Source: Nemertoderma westbladi | Taxonomy: Eukaryota; Animalia; Xenacoelomorpha | Assembly (NCBI GenBank): GCA_032718475.1 | Contig: JAUCBJ010007477.1 | Coordinates: 76,933 to 140,932, forward strand | DNA: 64,000 nt | Reading direction: 5' to 3' | In this document: positions 60,546 to 64,000 of the stretch, piece after piece | Layout: every line of letters starts with the position of its first letter | How positions within the stretch are numbered: position 1 is the first letter of the stretch | Translations under genes and position numbers: made by a program | The notes under the pieces: model-generated | What the model saw: only the letters and a program-made list of their open reading frames with translations | Database searches by the model: none | What the model was told of the DNA's origin: nothing

Positions 60546-61256
60546 CTACTGCGGTATAGACTGAGCCTCGGGGCGTTGGTGAGGTGTGTTAGAGTTCATA
60601 TTCGCGGGTTGATAAACAGTTTGCCCTAATGGGTTGAAAATATCACCCCTAACTCTTATACTATCATCCGTTTTTTGATGAAAGTCTAAGAGAAGGTGTG
60701 TGAATGGTTTTTGTGTGGCGTCACTATATGCTTGAACAATAAAATTGCTATTTTTTGGGTACACTTGCCGCGCTATATAGCTTATTTGACTTGCGTCGCG
60801 GGGATTTTTTGTGAAAATACAATATTGGGCATTTAGACTTCTAGTCCGTGTTTCCGCCCCTTTACTGAAGAAATTTTGTGTTATATAGATAATGAAACAG
60901 GAAGTATGATGGCAGGTTTTTGTGAAGCTTTCTGTCAAACTCTCATCACTCTTACTTTCGCTTAACAAGTCGTCTATAATAATTAGATCGTTTTCGCGGA
61001 AAATAGAATTAATTTTTTGCGGTAAACCTTTGAATAGATGTGTTATACCCGGGAATTCTGGTGGGGTGGCGCCATAAAAGAATAATACACGCTTCGGGGT
61101 TATATCAAAAACTAAATTTTTATTTTTTACAATTTTTGATACCAACACTGTTTTTCCGGAAGAACTTGGACCCGCAATAATCATGGCCGAACCCATCTTG
61201 AAAGAGGCGTCGTATGATGTGATTGGTTCCCGTGATATCGTCGGCTCTCGGGACAT
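60546..61256 (-). CDS. A32/FtsK-like packaging ATPase
   Basis: GPSSSGKT, IIIDD, ITQN. Confidence 0.92.
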   Translation of the reverse strand: MSREPTISREPITSYDASFKMGSAMIIAGPSSSGKTVLVSKIVKNKNLVFDITPKRVLFFYGATPPEFPGITHLFKGLPQKINSIFRENDLIIIDDLLSESKSDESLTESFTKTCHHTSCFIIYITQNFFSKGAETRTRSLNAQYCIFTKNPRDASQISYIARQVYPKNSNFIVQAYSDATQKPFTHLLLDFHQKTDDSIRVRGDIFNPLGQTVYQPANMNSNTPHQRPEAQSIPQ

Positions 61257-61273
61257 TGTTGATAGGTAGCCAC

Positions 61274-61735
61274 TCAGTAGATGGGAAACCTAGAAACTTG
61301 ACGGTTGACGCGTGTGCCAGAGGTAGTAGGTCTATACCCCCGGCGGGATTGGGCTAATTTTCTGCCTCTTACAGCCGTTATTATGGGTGATATTTTCTGA
61401 TAAGCGTTAAGCCCACTCATTAAACCAGAGATTAGTAGATTTATAAATCCGCCCCTTTGCACCAATCGTTTACGATAAATTCGAATGGGATACTTGGCTT
61501 TTGGTTTTTTAGCGATCTCGCGTATTGTTTTTTTATGGCGTTTTAACCTCGCGATTGTTTGCTCAGGAATTTTTACGTTACCATTTAATACATTTAGAAT
61601 AATATTAATTAGAAAACTTATAAGTTCGTCGGTTCCGCCGACACGTAAGAAGCTTTTTCTACGGTTGGGGGAGGCGTTAGATAAGAACTTTAAATCCCCA
61701 TCAAATTGTTTAATTAAAGCTTTGAGTGATTTCAT
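61274..61735 (-). CDS. Conserved Polinton virion/core protein (PW/'GasderminX'-like)
   Basis: LVQRGGFINLL motif. Confidence 0.65.
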   Translation of the reverse strand: MKSLKALIKQFDGDLKFLSNASPNRRKSFLRVGGTDELISFLINIILNVLNGNVKIPEQTIARLKRHKKTIREIAKKPKAKYPIRIYRKRLVQRGGFINLLISGLMSGLNAYQKISPIITAVRGRKLAQSRRGYRPTTSGTRVNRQVSRFPIY

Positions 61736-61899
61736 TACATATATTAATAACTTATATAAACGAGAACAATAATAGTAAGTAATAAAACACCACCACCGTT
61801 ATAAATAGTATCGATTATATGCGTGGGTGGGGTTTTTCACGCGATAAAACCGAGCAATTATAGAAACCGGCACTCTTTAAAACCTAACATCAATAATTA

Positions 61900-62620
61900 A
61901 GAACACAAATCCACGTTTAAAAAACCAAACGAGATCCCACAGGACAAACCTACAAAATTTCGAAATTATTCAAAAATGAAACTTTTAATTTTTCGAAAAA
62001 TTTTATGAAATTTCTAATTAAATATTACTACCCAAATTACTAATAAAATTCAAACTTTTTTAAGTTTTAACAGACTGACTGACTGACAGACCGACAGACA
62101 GACAGACTAGATTTATGTAAATGTAAAAACTGACATCAGAAATGAAATCAGCACCCCCTAAAACCCAAGACCATGAATAAAACACATTATATATATATAT
62201 ATCAAGGGAACAATGATAATATCCGCATTTAAAAACCAAACGAGATCCTAAAGGGCAAACTTTCAAAATTTTTAAATTTTTCAAAAACGAACATTTTAAT
62301 TTTTCGAAAATTTTTTATGAAATTTCTAATTAAATATTACTACCCAAATTACTAATAAAATTCAAACTTTTTTAAGTTTTGACAGACTGGCTGACTGACA
62401 GAAAGACTGACAAACCGAAGACAGACAGACTAGATTTATGTAAATTTAAAACTGACATCAGAAATGAAATCAGCACCCTTGACAACCTAAGACTACCGAT
62501 AAAACACGTTATATATATAATGTGAATAATGGTAATATCCACGTTTATTTAAAAACCTAACGAGATCCCACCGGACAAACCTAAAACTGACACCAAAAAA
62601 TGAAAAAATTAAATATTTCT
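61900..62620. repeat. Tandem ~330 bp intergenic repeat with (GACA)n
   Basis: Same array as 2400-3130. Confidence 0.78.
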
Positions 62621-63169
62621 ACCTAAATGACTATCTAAATTACCGATAAAATTCAAAAACTTTGGAAAAAATACTCGAAATATCTCGGGTCTTGCCATAC
62701 ACACAACATTTCGTGTGTAAAAAACGCAAAATGTTATGATATTAGAACTAGTTTTACCCCGACGATAAAACTGCACAAGAATATTATTAAATATCTCCGG
62801 CTCATATTTCACCTCCACATTATAATAATTATCTAAAAAATGAAACCCAACCGTTTTCATTAATTTGCTATAGTCTATGTCTAGATTGTTAATAATATAA
62901 GTTTGGCTATTGATTGAAATAAAAGTTAGTTTATAATCAGTATGCTTATATATATACTTAATAATTTTTTTTATTTTAGGTGATTTACCGAGTACAGTGA
63001 CCTTACCGCTCGGGAAAAAGAGACACGTCCATCCGCAAATTTTGGCGATATATTGGTAAGGCTTTAAGATGAGTTTTCCATTTCGAATTCGTTTAGCCAG
63101 CACATCGAATGATATGCACCCATCACCCAACCTCAAACTTATATTACTGTTGACAATACTAAAAGACAT
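62609..63169 (-). CDS. TATA-binding-protein-like protein, intact
   Basis: ~186 aa with two repeats: IVN..., FFPSGKVTVLGKS (TBP IFSSGKMVCTGAKS), YEPEIFN (YEPELFP), VFYTRNVVC. Confidence 0.72.
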   Translation of the reverse strand: MSFSIVNSNISLRLGDGCISFDVLAKRIRNGKLILKPYQYIAKICGWTCLFFPSGKVTVLGKSPKIKKIIKYIYKHTDYKLTFISINSQTYIINNLDIDYSKLMKTVGFHFLDNYYNVEVKYEPEIFNNILVQFYRRGKTSSNIITFCVFYTRNVVCMARPEIFRVFFPKFLNFIGNLDSHLGRNI

Positions 63170-63178
63170 CACAATCCG

Positions 63179-64000
63179 CTATTCTATAATGGGCGGCATA
63201 TAAAGCTTAGGGGCAGGCGCTTTACGATCCAAATGTGTTTTATAATGACCGTAAGGTAGACTTTCATTAGTCGATGTGTAGTACCTTTTATCTTCCCACA
63301 GTGTTAGCGATTTTTTTCTTTGTGAAACGGTGTATATTTTATGTAAATTAGATTGAAACCTTTGACTGTATTCGTAATGCTCGCTAACCTCGTTATATAC
63401 TTTTAAATATGATTCGTGGGAGAGTTTCTTTTTTATAACCATTTTTCCTACGCCTTTAGCGACACGTTTTGGAACTGACCCCCCACGAAAGCTATAACAT
63501 TTTGGTCTAAGTAAAATAACCTGGTCAAACGGGATAGACTTCCCTTCATCCTTTAAATATCTATATTTCCCTTTCTGTTCTACTGTATACAACGGATGCG
63601 TAATAGGGTAATTTGAACAGTCTAAAAGTCTTCAGTCTTTTGATTGTAACGCAGATAAAAATTGGTGTTGGGATAAACCAACACACTGTAAAAAAAAAGA
63701 ATCCGTGTCCCCACCTAGCAAATTTATACTACAATTTAATTCGGCTTCCATGGGCTTTAACTTATCGTAGAAAAAAGTGTAGTAATCTAACTTTGACAAG
63801 TCCAACACAGCTTGGCCTAAAAAAATAGGTTTATGCAAACAAACCGCAGCCTTAGATAGGACGTGACCTGATAATGAATCAGTGAACATAATTAAATTTT
63901 CGTGATTCGGCTTGGATAATAATAAGTCACATTTCTCGATTGAATTACATAAGCGAAATGAGACACGGTCCCGTATATTCTCCATGCTTTTCCCGAAAAG
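63179..64000 (-). pseudogene. pPolB C-terminal part with frameshift near 63630
   Basis: GDTDS, LRPKCY, AKGV and EDKRY; small insertion relative to 4800. Confidence 0.88.

Larger units (their letters stand above)
52073..64000 (-). mobile_element. Polinton/Maverick copy B, largely intact left arm continuing beyond the window
   Basis: AGTAGT terminus and TIR, then a co-oriented cluster of protease, MCP, mCPs, integrase, ATPase and pPolB. Confidence 0.95.

Noticed and set aside
1-64000. tRNA/rRNA genes or spliced host genes
   Set aside because: None recognisable by eye; not excluded without covariance-model searches.

Overview
Eukaryotic (probably invertebrate animal), AT-rich DNA made almost entirely of nested, rearranged copies of Maverick/Polinton (adintovirus-like) endogenous dsDNA viruses. 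At least three terminal-repeat types are present, and nine AGTAGT-type termini are visible. A largely intact left arm (52073-64000) carries the adenain protease, major capsid, core-protein-like genes, an exonuclease-like gene, two minor capsids, the RVE integrase, the A32 ATPase, a TBP-like gene and the pPolB 3' end. It overlaps in sequence with a right arm (1-17610: pPolB, pseudo-dUTPase, PC4-like gene, acidic proteins, TIR), so a roughly 20 kb element can be reconstructed. Secondary insertions include RTE, CRE-like and CR1/Crack-like retroposon fragments, piggyBac and MULE MITEs, a foldback element and a Crypton-like tyrosine recombinase remnant. Main observation: two different Polinton types each carry, 1.1-1.5 kb inside a terminus, an intronless gene for a minimal GTSF1/Asterix-like protein (two CHHC zinc fingers plus an acidic W-x-EE-x-WD tail). 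GTSF1 is the PIWI cofactor of the piRNA pathway, so this is a candidate viral anti-piRNA or piRNA-hijacking system. Other accessory genes (TBP-like, PC4-like, membrane-anchored dead dUTPase, acidic Trp proteins with a DSGIS-type motif) suggest a wider host-manipulation toolkit. All protein assignments come from motif recognition by eye; no database searches were run.
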